From Nitrospirota bacterium (GTDB lineage: Bacteria > Nitrospirota > Thermodesulfovibrionia > Thermodesulfovibrionales > JdFR-86), in the NCBI GenBank assembly GCA_963721805.1, contig CAVRJY010000001.1, positions 416,001 to 480,000 on the forward strand: a stretch of 64,000 nucleotides of DNA, given 5' to 3'. Under the pieces are notes generated by a model. That model saw only the letters and a program-made list of their open reading frames with translations. It made no database searches and was not told where the DNA came from. Of the stretch, positions 1 to 8,230 are shown piece after piece (position 1 is the stretch's first letter; the number at the start of each line of letters is the position of its first letter). The position numbers and the translations under genes were made by a program.

Positions 1-48
1 CCTGACAAAATAGTATTGAATGGTTTGTCTTATCACTTACCTGTTTTT

Positions 49-225
49 AAAGCGCTCCGAATCGCTTGATACGTCGTTGGGCATCGAAGACTCGCCCTCT
101 ATGTACGTCACAGTACACCATCGGGCGGTCTTCTCGCCCTGCCTTGTCTGAAGACGATTTGGGCGCGCTTTCGGGGGTTGGTCGCGGCTCCGCCGCTGGA
201 CCCCCGCTTCCATAAGGTCAACGGT
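49..225 (-). repeat. Long-hairpin repeat copy R1 (subfamily A). Strand convention for all R copies: + = head GCCGTTGACC read first
   Basis: Near-identical to 821-1005, 48147-48326 and 63123-63303; AAAGCGC...GCGCTTT outer stem, GTAC-N6-GTAC apex, ends GGTCAACGG. Confidence 0.95.
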
Positions 226-235
226 TTGTGTTCTT

Positions 236-262
236 ATGTGATATAATGTACACAAGGAGGCA
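236..262 (+). promoter_or_regulatory. Extended -10 promoter (TGaTATAAT) and SD of the TA operon; TGTG...CACA may be an RHH operator
   Basis: TGTGATATAATGTACACAAGGAGG just upstream of ATG 269. Confidence 0.6.
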
Positions 263-268
263 CAAGCC

Positions 269-532
269 ATGCCACAGACCACCACGATGACCGTCAGGAT
301 TCCATCAGACGTAAAGGACAGGCTCGAGCGTCTGGCCCGATCCACGGACAGGACGAAGGCCTACATCGCGGGCCGGGCAATAGAGGATTACCTCGATGTG
401 CAGGAATGGCAGGTAAGCGCCATTAGCGACGCGGTGCGCGAGGCTGACTCTAAAAAAGCCGTCTTCCTGTCACACGCAGAAGTGGAGTCAAGGGTCAATA
501 AGAAGATCATCGCCACCGGAAAGCGTAAGTGA
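269..532 (+). CDS. CopG/ribbon-helix-helix antitoxin
   Basis: TMTVRIPSDVKDRLERLARSTDRTKAYIAGRAIEDYL RHH pattern; AGGAGG SD; overlaps the toxin gene. Confidence 0.85.
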   Translation: MPQTTTMTVRIPSDVKDRLERLARSTDRTKAYIAGRAIEDYLDVQEWQVSAISDAVREADSKKAVFLSHAEVESRVNKKIIATGKRK

Positions 533-810
533 GGGTTCAGTGGCTTACTAGCGCGGCGGATGACATGGAACAGCTCATTGACTACATTGCCGCTGATAAT
601 CCCTCAGCCGCCGCCACCGAGGCCCGGAAGGTCATGGAGGCCATAAGGCAACTTGCCGAGCATCCCGCTTCAGGCCGTACGGGCCGGGTGTTCGGCACGC
701 GTGAACTGGTCCTGCCTCCATATATTATTGCCTATAGGGTCAAGGGCGAGGCTGTCCAGATACTTCGCATACTCCACTCCGCCCGGAGATTTCCAAATAA
801 GCTGCCGTAG
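529..810 (+). CDS. RelE/ParE family toxin
   Basis: WLTSAADD...YIAADNP...GRTGRVFGTRELV..PYIIAYRV..ILRILHSAR signature. Confidence 0.9.
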   Translation: MRVQWLTSAADDMEQLIDYIAADNPSAAATEARKVMEAIRQLAEHPASGRTGRVFGTRELVLPPYIIAYRVKGEAVQILRILHSARRFPNKLP

Positions 811-820
811 CCCTCTTTTC

Positions 821-1005
821 AAAGCGCTCCAAATCGCTTGATACGTCGTTGGGCATAAAAGACTCGCCCTCTATGTACGTCTCAGTACACCATCGGGCGG
901 TCTTCTCGCCCTTCCTTGTCTGAAGACGATTTGGGCGCGCTTTCGGGGGTTGGTCGCGGCTCCGCCGCTGGACCCCCGCTCCCCTGTGGTCAACGGCATA
1001 GATTA
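821..1005 (-). repeat. Long-hairpin repeat copy R2 (subfamily A)
   Basis: Direct repeat of R1; starts about 10 nt after the toxin stop. Confidence 0.95.
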
Positions 1006-1034
1006 AAAGTTATGAGTGTGCAAGGCGGCGGGGT

Positions 1035-1085
1035 GCTTAAAATTCTCTGGCATGCGCAATGGGGTTGTGGTATCCTTGGCACATG
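1035..1085 (+). promoter_or_regulatory. Conserved motif P copy 1 (extended -10-like TGgTATCCT followed by ATG)
   Basis: 44/51 nt identical, by hand alignment, to the reverse complement of 63856-63906. Confidence 0.75.
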
Positions 1086-1105
1086 AAACTGCCAAGGTTC
1101 GGGAA

Positions 1106-1594
1106 ATGACAGGAACTACGCCTAAACGTCATGTTCTCCTCATTGTTGCCGTCTCGTTCACAATACTTCATTTCATCATAACCTCTCTTGTCGGGCATTA
1201 CATAGCAATTCAAGTTGGATCCATTGCCGGCCAGTCAGTTGCTAATATGTTGAAAGAATCCACTGGAAACACTTCGTCTTCAGATAATGAGATCAATGAT
1301 CGCCTTCAGGCAATGCGGAATAATATCGACGAACAAATATCCAGATGGAAGCTGCCAGTGATACTGATATCGTTACCGATCAGGCCGATAATCCAGCCCT
1401 TGCTTAGTGTTGCGCGTAAAGGTTGGATTTATGGGCCGGTTGTTTCTCATCAGCTTTCTAAGGAGCAGGCAGCTACGCGCCTTGTTATCATTGATACTGG
1501 CGTTAAAATCTTAAACTCACTTTCGTTTGGACTGTTGATTTATTTGGGCTGCTGGCTATTCTATAAACGTAAACGCGTAATGACAACAGAATAG
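1106..1594 (+). CDS. AT-rich hypothetical membrane protein (orphan-like)
   Basis: ORF track 1016..1594; ATG 1106 overlaps (ATGA) the stop of an 8-codon ORF starting in motif P; hydrophobic segments; lower GC than flanks. Confidence 0.7.
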   Translation: MTGTTPKRHVLLIVAVSFTILHFIITSLVGHYIAIQVGSIAGQSVANMLKESTGNTSSSDNEINDRLQAMRNNIDEQISRWKLPVILISLPIRPIIQPLLSVARKGWIYGPVVSHQLSKEQAATRLVIIDTGVKILNSLSFGLLIYLGCWLFYKRKRVMTTE

Positions 1595-1623
1595 ACGATT
1601 CAAAGTCCCCTACACAGATAACT

Positions 1624-1681
1624 CAAACAAGCCGTTGACCTTGGGGTGCGGGGTCCAGCGGCTGGGCCGCACTTAACCCCC
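1624..1681 (+). repeat. Long-hairpin repeat R3, head segment only
   Basis: GCCGTTGACCTTGGGGTGCGGGGTCCAGCGGCTGGGCCGC..TTAACCCC nearly duplicates the head of R4 (2111-2170). Confidence 0.9.
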
Positions 1682-1861
1682 TCAGCAGGCCCCGAGTTGC
1701 CTCCTGATAAGGTCGCAAAGCGTGTTTTTGATTTCCGCATGTCTTGGGATAGGGGCCTTGCGGCCATTGGTGGGGTTCAGATAAATGTCATGGTTCGCGC
1801 CATGCCTCTTAAGCACGCAGCCTTTATCCAGCAACTCCCGGATCAGTTCTCCGCGCTTCAA
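1682..1861 (-). CDS. hicA: HicA family toxin (59 aa, absent from the ORF track)
   Basis: Hand translation from TTG: MKRGELIRELLDKGCVLKRHGANHDIYLNPTNGRKAPIPRHAEIKNTLCDLIRRQLGAC; start overlaps the hicB stop. Confidence 0.9.
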   Translation of the reverse strand: MKRGELIRELLDKGCVLKRHGANHDIYLNPTNGRKAPIPRHAEIKNTLCDLIRRQLGAC

Positions 1862-2064
1862 ACCTCTACGCCTATCTCCTTGCGCTCGACGGCCCCTACC
1901 GGCGGGGCTTCTTCGTCATCCATCAGGAGCTGGTAGACCTCCCTGATGTTGTTTTCGAGTTCGTCGAGGCTCTCGCCCTGCGTGAATACGCCGGGGACCT
2001 CTTTGAGCCTGCCCACGTACCATGTGTCGTCCATCCAGTATTCAAGGGTAAAGTGCCTGAGCAT
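1858..2064 (-). CDS. hicB: HicB family antitoxin (short form)
   Basis: WYVGRLKEVPGVFTQGESLDELENNIREVYQL motif; AAGGAGG SD; TGtTATAAT upstream. Confidence 0.9.
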   Translation of the reverse strand: MLRHFTLEYWMDDTWYVGRLKEVPGVFTQGESLDELENNIREVYQLLMDDEEAPPVGAVERKEIGVEV

Positions 2065-2110
2065 CGCGCACCTCCTTAGTTGAATTATAACAGATGGCCG
2101 TCAGGCGCTT

Positions 2111-2293
2111 CTAATCAAGCCTTTGACCTCGGGGTGCGGGGTCCAGCGGCTGGGCCGCTATTAACCCCGCAAAGCGCGATAAATCGTGTCAGACTAGGAG
2201 CCTGCGAGGAAAACGTCCGACGGTGTACTGAGACGTACATCGAGGACGGATTTCCGAGCGGTGACAACGTATCACGCGACTTTAGCGCGCTTT
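2111..2293 (+). repeat. Long-hairpin repeat copy R4 (subfamily B)
   Basis: Same fold with covarying arms GGAAAACGTCC/GGACGGATTTCC; close to R6. Confidence 0.9.
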
Positions 2294-2306
2294 CAGAGAG
2301 CGTTCC

Positions 2307-2897
2307 CTATGGACATTTGGTTTCCGCGATCTCTCTGGCATACCACGCTATCGACTTGATACAGTCCAGCATCTCAATGAACAACCCCGACGCGACCGGC
2401 AGGCACAGCCCCTCGATCAGCCGGTCCTCGTGCGCCGTGGCCGCGTCGTCGGCCGCCTTCTCGACGACCGTCTCGGTCCTGATGACGTGCAGCGCCCCCA
2501 GGGCCGAGCCGGTCAGCACGTAGTCCTTCGTATGCACGATTATGTCCCTGAGGCGCTCCATGAGGTAGCCGAGTTCCTTATATGCCTTGTCGCTGAACAG
2601 TATCTGGCCCGAATGCTTGGCCGCGATGGCCGCCTCGATGCGCACCATATATCTGAGCATCTGCTCTAGCCGCGTGACGGTCGGGATCAGGCAGGCCACG
2701 TTGGGGTCCTTCCTGACGTCCTTGACCAGGGCCTCGACGAGCATGTGAAGCCCGCCCTGCATCTCGTCGAGCCTGGCCCTCGCCCCGGCGATCAGGGGGG
2801 CGTCGAACCTCTGCAGCGACTTGTGCGATGCGTCGAGCCCCTCGGTCAGGGCCGGGAAGAAATCCTCCATTATGGCGGCGAATGCGGTCTTGGCCAT
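2307..2897 (-). CDS. PhoU-like helical domain protein
   Basis: AGGAGG before MAKTAF; HEDRLIEGLC...SGLFIEMLDCIKSIAW resembles the PhoU-type tail of Na/Pi cotransporters. Confidence 0.6.
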   Translation of the reverse strand: MAKTAFAAIMEDFFPALTEGLDASHKSLQRFDAPLIAGARARLDEMQGGLHMLVEALVKDVRKDPNVACLIPTVTRLEQMLRYMVRIEAAIAAKHSGQILFSDKAYKELGYLMERLRDIIVHTKDYVLTGSALGALHVIRTETVVEKAADDAATAHEDRLIEGLCLPVASGLFIEMLDCIKSIAWYAREIAETKCP

Positions 2898-3131
2898 GGC
2901 TGCCTCCTGTACGCGGTTCGGTTCAAGTCCGGGCGTTTCTGCCCTCAGCCCGATCATATCAGATAACCCGCCGGGACGCAAAAACCCCCGCAAACGCCGG
3001 GGGCTGGCTGTCTATTAGGATCAATCATCTATCCATTAATATAATTTATTTGACCGCCGCGCGCTAGGTATATTAGGCTTAAACGCATTTTCCCCGCACA
3101 GATAATGCAAACAACTCATAAGGAGGATCGA

Positions 3132-4316
3132 ATGAAGAAGTACGACACGCCTCTTCTGGACGAACTGGAAAAGGGGCCCTGGCCGAGCTTCGTGACCGAG
3201 ATCAAAAAGGCCGCGAAGACTAACGAGGCGGCCAACGATGAGCTTGGCCAGCTCGAGAAGTCCTACAGGACGAAGCGCGGCTACTGGAAGCACGGTGGCA
3301 TCGTCGGCGTCCTCGGCTACGGCGGAGGCGTCATCGGCAGGTATTCCTCGCTCGGCGAGGAGTTCCCCGGCGTTGCACATTTCCATACCGTCCGTATCAA
3401 CCAGCCCAGCGGTTTCTACTACACCAGCGCCGCACTTCGCGAGATCTGCGACATATGGGACAAGTACGGCTCGGGCCTCACGAACATGCACGGCTCCACC
3501 GGTGACCTCGTGCTCCTCGGCACCAAGACCGACGCCCTCGAAGACATCTTCGCCGAGTACTCCTCGCGCGGATGGGACCTCGGGAGCTCAGGCTCCGCCA
3601 TGAGGACCCCGAGCTGCTGTCTCGGAAAGTCCCGCTGCGAGTGGGCCAACATCGACACCATGGACATCTGCAACCACTTCACCCAGGTGTTCCAGGACGA
3701 GATGCACAGGCCTTCCTTCCCCTACAAGTTCAAGATCAAGGTCGCCGGCTGCGCGGTTGACTGCGTGGCCTCGATAGCTCGTTCCGACTGCTCCATCATC
3801 GGCACCTGGAAGGGCACCATCGCCGTCGACCAGGCCGCCGTGGCGGACTATGCCAAGAAGGGCATGAACATCAAGGCCGAGATCATCGACATGTGCCCGA
3901 CGAGCTGCATGAGCTATGACGGCAAGACCATGACGATCAACGACAAGGAGTGCTCGCGCTGCATGCACTGCATCACCAAGATGACCAAGGCCCTCAAGGC
4001 CACCGGCGAGAAGGGCTGTTCGATCCTCGTGGGCTCCAAGGCCCCGATCGTCGTCGGCTCGCTCTTAAGCTGGGTCATCGTGCCGTTTATGAAGGCCGAG
4101 AAGCCCTACACCGAACTCGAGGACCTGATCAAGAAGATCATCGAGTGGTGGGATGAGCACGCCAAGCCGCGCGAGCGCATCGGCGAAGTCATCGAGGTAG
4201 AGGGCATGAGGAGCATGCTGGAGTTCATCGGCATACCGCCGATGCCGCAGCAGGTCAAGGCCCCGCGCAAGGACCCGTTCTTCTTCTGGAGCGAAGAAGA
4301 CCTCACGAAGTACTAA
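3132..4316 (+). CDS. dsrA: Dissimilatory sulfite reductase alpha subunit
   Basis: TPLLDELEKGPWPSFV, WKHGGIVGVLGYGGGVIGRY, CLGKSRCE, FPYKFKIKVAGCAVDC; AGGAGG SD. Confidence 0.98.
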   Translation: MKKYDTPLLDELEKGPWPSFVTEIKKAAKTNEAANDELGQLEKSYRTKRGYWKHGGIVGVLGYGGGVIGRYSSLGEEFPGVAHFHTVRINQPSGFYYTSAALREICDIWDKYGSGLTNMHGSTGDLVLLGTKTDALEDIFAEYSSRGWDLGSSGSAMRTPSCCLGKSRCEWANIDTMDICNHFTQVFQDEMHRPSFPYKFKIKVAGCAVDCVASIARSDCSIIGTWKGTIAVDQAAVADYAKKGMNIKAEIIDMCPTSCMSYDGKTMTINDKECSRCMHCITKMTKALKATGEKGCSILVGSKAPIVVGSLLSWVIVPFMKAEKPYTELEDLIKKIIEWWDEHAKPRERIGEVIEVEGMRSMLEFIGIPPMPQQVKAPRKDPFFFWSEEDLTKY

Positions 4317-4350
4317 TACATAAAATACCAATTCATATAGGAGGATTTGC

Positions 4351-5424
4351 ATGGCTACCACGGCTAAAAGGCAGACAGACGTCGGACCCCCGCATTACTC
4401 GAAGTTTCTTCCTCCGGTAATCGCGAAGAACTACGGCGACTGGAAGTACCACGAGGAGATTGACGGCGGCACGATGGTGCACGTCGCAAACAGCGGCGAC
4501 AAGATCTGGACCGTTCGCGTCGCATCGCCCAGGATCATGTCCACCGTAACGATCCGCGAGCTCCTTGACCTCGCCGACAAGTACACCGGCGGATACATCC
4601 GCTGGACCACCCGCAACAACGTCGAGTTCCTCATCTCCGACGAGAAGAACGTCGAGCCGCTGAAGGCCGACCTCAAGAGCAGGAAGTACCTCCTCGGCGG
4701 CATCGGCGACCGCATCTCCAACGTTGTGCACACCCAGGGCTGGGTGCACTGCCACAGCGCGTGCACCGACGCATCGGGCCTGGTCAAGTGCATCATGGAC
4801 GACGTGGCCGACTACTTCACCCACAAGACGCTCCCGGCCAAGGTGCGCCTTGCGGTCGCGTGCTGCGTCAACATGTGCGGCGCGGTCCACTGCTCCGACA
4901 TCGCGGTCGTCGCGGTGCACAGGAAAGTCCCTGTCATCAACCACGACCTCGTAAAGAACATGTGCGAGACCCCGACCACGATCTCCGCGTGCCCGACCCG
5001 CGCCATCAGCCCGGACCCGGCCAAGAAGTCCGTGAAGATCAACCCCGAGAAGTGCATGTACTGCGGCAACTGCTTCACCGTCTGCCCGCCGATCGACATC
5101 CACAACCCCGAGTTCGATGGCGTCGCCATCGTCGTCGGCGGCAAGATCGGTTCGCTCCGCAAGGGCCCGATGTTCTCGAAGCTCGCGATCCCGTACATCA
5201 AGAACGAGCCGCCGCGCTGGCCGTCCGTCGTCAAGGCCGTCCGCAACATCCTTGACACCTACGCCGCCAACGCGCTGAAGCACGAGCGCGTCGGCGAGTG
5301 GATCGACCGCATCGGCTGGGAGCGCTTCTTCTCCCTGACCGGCATCGAGTTCACTTTCCAGCACATCGACGACTTCACCTTCATGAGGGAGACGATGAGG
5401 ACCTCAGCCGCGTTTAAGTACTAA
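4351..5424 (+). CDS. dsrB: Dissimilatory sulfite reductase beta subunit
   Basis: RWTTRNNVEF, HTQGWVHCH, CCVNMCGAVHCSD, CMYCGNCFTVCP. Confidence 0.98.
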   Translation: MATTAKRQTDVGPPHYSKFLPPVIAKNYGDWKYHEEIDGGTMVHVANSGDKIWTVRVASPRIMSTVTIRELLDLADKYTGGYIRWTTRNNVEFLISDEKNVEPLKADLKSRKYLLGGIGDRISNVVHTQGWVHCHSACTDASGLVKCIMDDVADYFTHKTLPAKVRLAVACCVNMCGAVHCSDIAVVAVHRKVPVINHDLVKNMCETPTTISACPTRAISPDPAKKSVKINPEKCMYCGNCFTVCPPIDIHNPEFDGVAIVVGGKIGSLRKGPMFSKLAIPYIKNEPPRWPSVVKAVRNILDTYAANALKHERVGEWIDRIGWERFFSLTGIEFTFQHIDDFTFMRETMRTSAAFKY

Positions 5425-5440
5425 GACAGCGCATCGTTAT

Positions 5441-5473
5441 GCGGGCGGCGGCCCATCAAGGCCGCCGCCCGTT
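5441..5473 (+). terminator. GC-rich hairpin between dsrB and dsrD (terminator-like or mRNA-stabilising)
   Basis: GGGCGGCGGCC-loop-GGCCGCCGCCC with only a short T tail. Confidence 0.5.
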
Positions 5474-5509
5474 AACCATCCGCACACACACAATAAACGG
5501 AGGCAACCT

Positions 5510-5758
5510 ATGAGCAATGACGAGCTGAAAGAGAAGATTTTTGCTTTCGTCCAGGCCGCCAAGGGCAAGAAGAAACTCAAAGAGAAAGATATCATCAAGG
5601 GCATGTCCGCTGACGGCACCTACACGGCCGACGACGTAAAGAAGAACATGCGCGAGATGATCGACATAGGCCGCCTCATGTATTCCTACGGCGGCGGCGC
5701 CAGCTCCGTTGAGATCCCCAGCGATGAGTATCTCAGGGAGAAGGGCATGATCAAGTAG
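5510..5758 (+). CDS. dsrD: Dissimilatory sulfite reductase D protein
   Basis: Small basic winged-helix-like protein (KKKLKEKD...GRLMYSYGG) directly after dsrB. Confidence 0.85.
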   Translation: MSNDELKEKIFAFVQAAKGKKKLKEKDIIKGMSADGTYTADDVKKNMREMIDIGRLMYSYGGGASSVEIPSDEYLREKGMIK

Positions 5759-5812
5759 CACCCGCCCCGGGCGGCTAACGCCTGGAAGCGCGCAGCAGGG
5801 CGAAATCGCCCA

Positions 5813-7240
5813 ATGCATAAAAGGAAAGGCATTACCATACATACCGCAATACCAAGGGTAGTCGTTGCCGGGCTCAGGGGAGGCTCGGGAAAGACTACCC
5901 TTTCTATCGGCCTCATCGCCGCGCTCCGCCTGCGCGGGATGCGGGTCGCCGCGTTCAAGAAGGGCCCGGACTACATCGACGCCGGCTGGCTGAGCTCGGC
6001 CGCATCGTCGCCCTGCTACAACCTCGACCCCTTCCTGATAGGCGAGCCCCGCGCCCTCTATTCCTTCGTCTCGCATTCCCAGGGTGCGGACATCGCGGTG
6101 ATCGAGGGCAACCGCGGCCTGTTTGACGGCATGGACGCCGAGGGCACGCTGAGCACCTCGACGCTCGCCCGCCTGATAAAAAGCCCGGTCGTGCTCATCC
6201 TCGACTGCACGAAGGCCACCCGCAGCATGGCCGCGCTCGTGCTCGGCTCAAAGACGCTCGAGCGAGGGCTTCAGCTCGGGGGCGTCGTGCTAAATAATAT
6301 CGCCGGGGCCAGGCACGAGCGCATCACGCGCCAGTCGATAGAGTCCCTTACCGGGGTGCCTGTGCTCGGGGCGATACCCCGGATGGCGTCTATTGGCCTG
6401 CCGGAACGCCATATGGGCCTCACCCCGCGCGACGAGTACCCCGAGGTCTCCGAGGCCATCGAGGCGCTCGCGCGCCTGATCGAGACGCACGCCGACGTCG
6501 GCCGGATAATCGAGATCGCATCGAGCGCGCCGCGCATCGTTACTAAGCCTGCTGATGCCCCTGTGCAATTTAAACAGCCCGTGGCTGCCCCGCGCATCGG
6601 CGTGATCCGAGACAGCGCGTTTCAGTTCTATTACCCCGAGAACGTCGAGGAGCTCCGCCGCGCCGGGGCCGAGGTCGTCGAACTTAGCGCGCTTACGATG
6701 AAGCGCCTCCCCCCGATCGACGCGCTGTATATCGGCGGCGGCTTCCCCGAGACCCACTCGGTTGGCCTTTCCAAGAACAAGAATTTCAGGGCTGGCCTGC
6801 GCGATGCGGTCGAGGACGGCCTGCCGGTCTATGCCGAGTGCGGGGGGCTTATGTACCTCGGCTCGGGCCTGACCGTGGGAGGCAGGAGGTACGAGATGAG
6901 CGGCGTCCTGCCGCTGGAGTTTGAGATGCACGCGCGCCCGGCGGCGCACGGCTATACGGTCGTGAGCGTGGCCGGGGCCAACCCGTTTCTCAAAAAAGGC
7001 ACAGTGCTGCACGGCCACGAGTTTCATTACTCCGCGGTCAATCCGGGCTCTATTCCCAAGGGCAGCCGGTATGCCTACCGCAACAAGCGCGGGGGCGGCA
7101 TCAGCGCGGGCCGCGACGGGATCGTTTATAAAAACGTCGTCGCGACCTACACCCACCTGCACGCCTTGGGCGCGCCCGAATGGGTCGAGGGCATGATAAG
7201 GGCCGCGCTTCGGCATATGAAGCGGCGTGCGGCGCGGTAG
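5813..7240 (+). CDS. dsrN: Cobyrinate a,c-diamide synthase-like siroheme amidase
   Basis: GGSGKTT, FKKGPDYID, AFQFYYPEN, YAECGGLMYL, GHEFHYS; located in the dsr operon. Confidence 0.88.
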   Translation: MHKRKGITIHTAIPRVVVAGLRGGSGKTTLSIGLIAALRLRGMRVAAFKKGPDYIDAGWLSSAASSPCYNLDPFLIGEPRALYSFVSHSQGADIAVIEGNRGLFDGMDAEGTLSTSTLARLIKSPVVLILDCTKATRSMAALVLGSKTLERGLQLGGVVLNNIAGARHERITRQSIESLTGVPVLGAIPRMASIGLPERHMGLTPRDEYPEVSEAIEALARLIETHADVGRIIEIASSAPRIVTKPADAPVQFKQPVAAPRIGVIRDSAFQFYYPENVEELRRAGAEVVELSALTMKRLPPIDALYIGGGFPETHSVGLSKNKNFRAGLRDAVEDGLPVYAECGGLMYLGSGLTVGGRRYEMSGVLPLEFEMHARPAAHGYTVVSVAGANPFLKKGTVLHGHEFHYSAVNPGSIPKGSRYAYRNKRGGGISAGRDGIVYKNVVATYTHLHALGAPEWVEGMIRAALRHMKRRAAR

Positions 7241-7306
7241 CCGTATCCGCTTCCTTAGCGTCTCCCCGACGGCAGTCCATCCCGCGACATCCACGAGGTA
7301 TCCTGA

Positions 7307-8140
7307 TTGAGAATCCATCACCTGAACTGCGCGACGCTCTGCCCCTTGAGCGCAAGGCTCGTAAACGGCAGGGGAGGGCTGTTCTCGCTCGGCGAGATGG
7401 TCTGCCATTGCCTGCTGATAGAGACCGGCGATAAGTTGATCCTGGTCGATACCGGGCTCGGATCGCAGGACCTGAACCATCCCGAGGGCCTAGGCCATAT
7501 ATTCCGCACGGTCATCAGGCCCAGGCTGAGCATGGCCGAGACAGCGGCCGAGCAGGTCAGAAGGCTTGGCTTCAGCACCGATGACGTCCGGCATATTGTC
7601 TTGACCCACCTGGACCTCGACCATGCCGGAGGGCTGCCGGATTTCCCGCACGCGGAGGTCCATGTCTCGGGCCCCGAACATGGCGCGGCGATGGCAGCCA
7701 GATCGTTTCGGGACAGGTTTCGGTACCATCCATCCCACTGGGCTCATAGCCCCAAATGGAAGACACATGCGGTTGATGGCGAGAAGTGGTTTGGGTTCGA
7801 GGCGGTGCGCGCCATAGATAACGCTGAAACCGAGGTCTTGCTGGTCCCCTTGCGCGGGCATACCGAGGGGCATTGCGGTGTTGCGGTAAAGGTCTCGGAC
7901 AAGTGGGTGCTGGATTGCGGGGACGCGTATTTTTTCAATGCCGAAATGTCACTTGATAAGCCATCCTGCACGCTCGGCCTGAGCATGTATCAGGGCCTGA
8001 TGCAGAGCGACCACAAGGCTAGGGTGCATAACCAGTTCAGGCTCAGGGAACTGAAGCAAAACCATGGCAATGAGATACGGATGTTCTGCTCCCATGACCA
8101 TAGCGAGCTATGCAAATGCCAAGTAGGGGCCCCTTTGTAA
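7307..8140 (+). CDS. Metallo-beta-lactamase fold hydrolase
   Basis: THLDLDHAGG, GHTEGH, GDAYF, CSHD motifs. Confidence 0.9.
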   Translation: MRIHHLNCATLCPLSARLVNGRGGLFSLGEMVCHCLLIETGDKLILVDTGLGSQDLNHPEGLGHIFRTVIRPRLSMAETAAEQVRRLGFSTDDVRHIVLTHLDLDHAGGLPDFPHAEVHVSGPEHGAAMAARSFRDRFRYHPSHWAHSPKWKTHAVDGEKWFGFEAVRAIDNAETEVLLVPLRGHTEGHCGVAVKVSDKWVLDCGDAYFFNAEMSLDKPSCTLGLSMYQGLMQSDHKARVHNQFRLRELKQNHGNEIRMFCSHDHSELCKCQVGAPL

Positions 8141-8230
8141 ATGAGCGAAGCGAATAGTTAAGGGGGCTAGTCGGCCCCCTTTGTAGGTGAGCGCATAGCG
8201 CGAATATTTGCCGGGGGGCGCTGCCCCCTA
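8122..8230. repeat. Cluster of short REP-like hairpins with TGAGC..GCGAATA linkers between convergent genes
   Basis: GTAGGGGCCCCT, GGGGGCTAGTCGGCCCCC and GGGGGCGCTGCCCCC with two linker copies. Confidence 0.75.

Noticed and set aside
37..345. Recurrent peptide PPKARPNRLQTRQGEKTARWCTVTY.EGES in ORFs at 37-345, 48087-48314 and 49996-50472
   Set aside because: It is the translation of the repeat. Starts and stops are inconsistent between copies, and subfamily changes follow base pairing rather than codons.
4333..5364. Long antisense or overlapping ORFs (e.g. 4333-5364, 6290-7480, 24736-25953, 43796-45619, 45780-47327)
   Set aside because: Shadow frames of well-supported genes in high-GC DNA, with no recognisable motifs.
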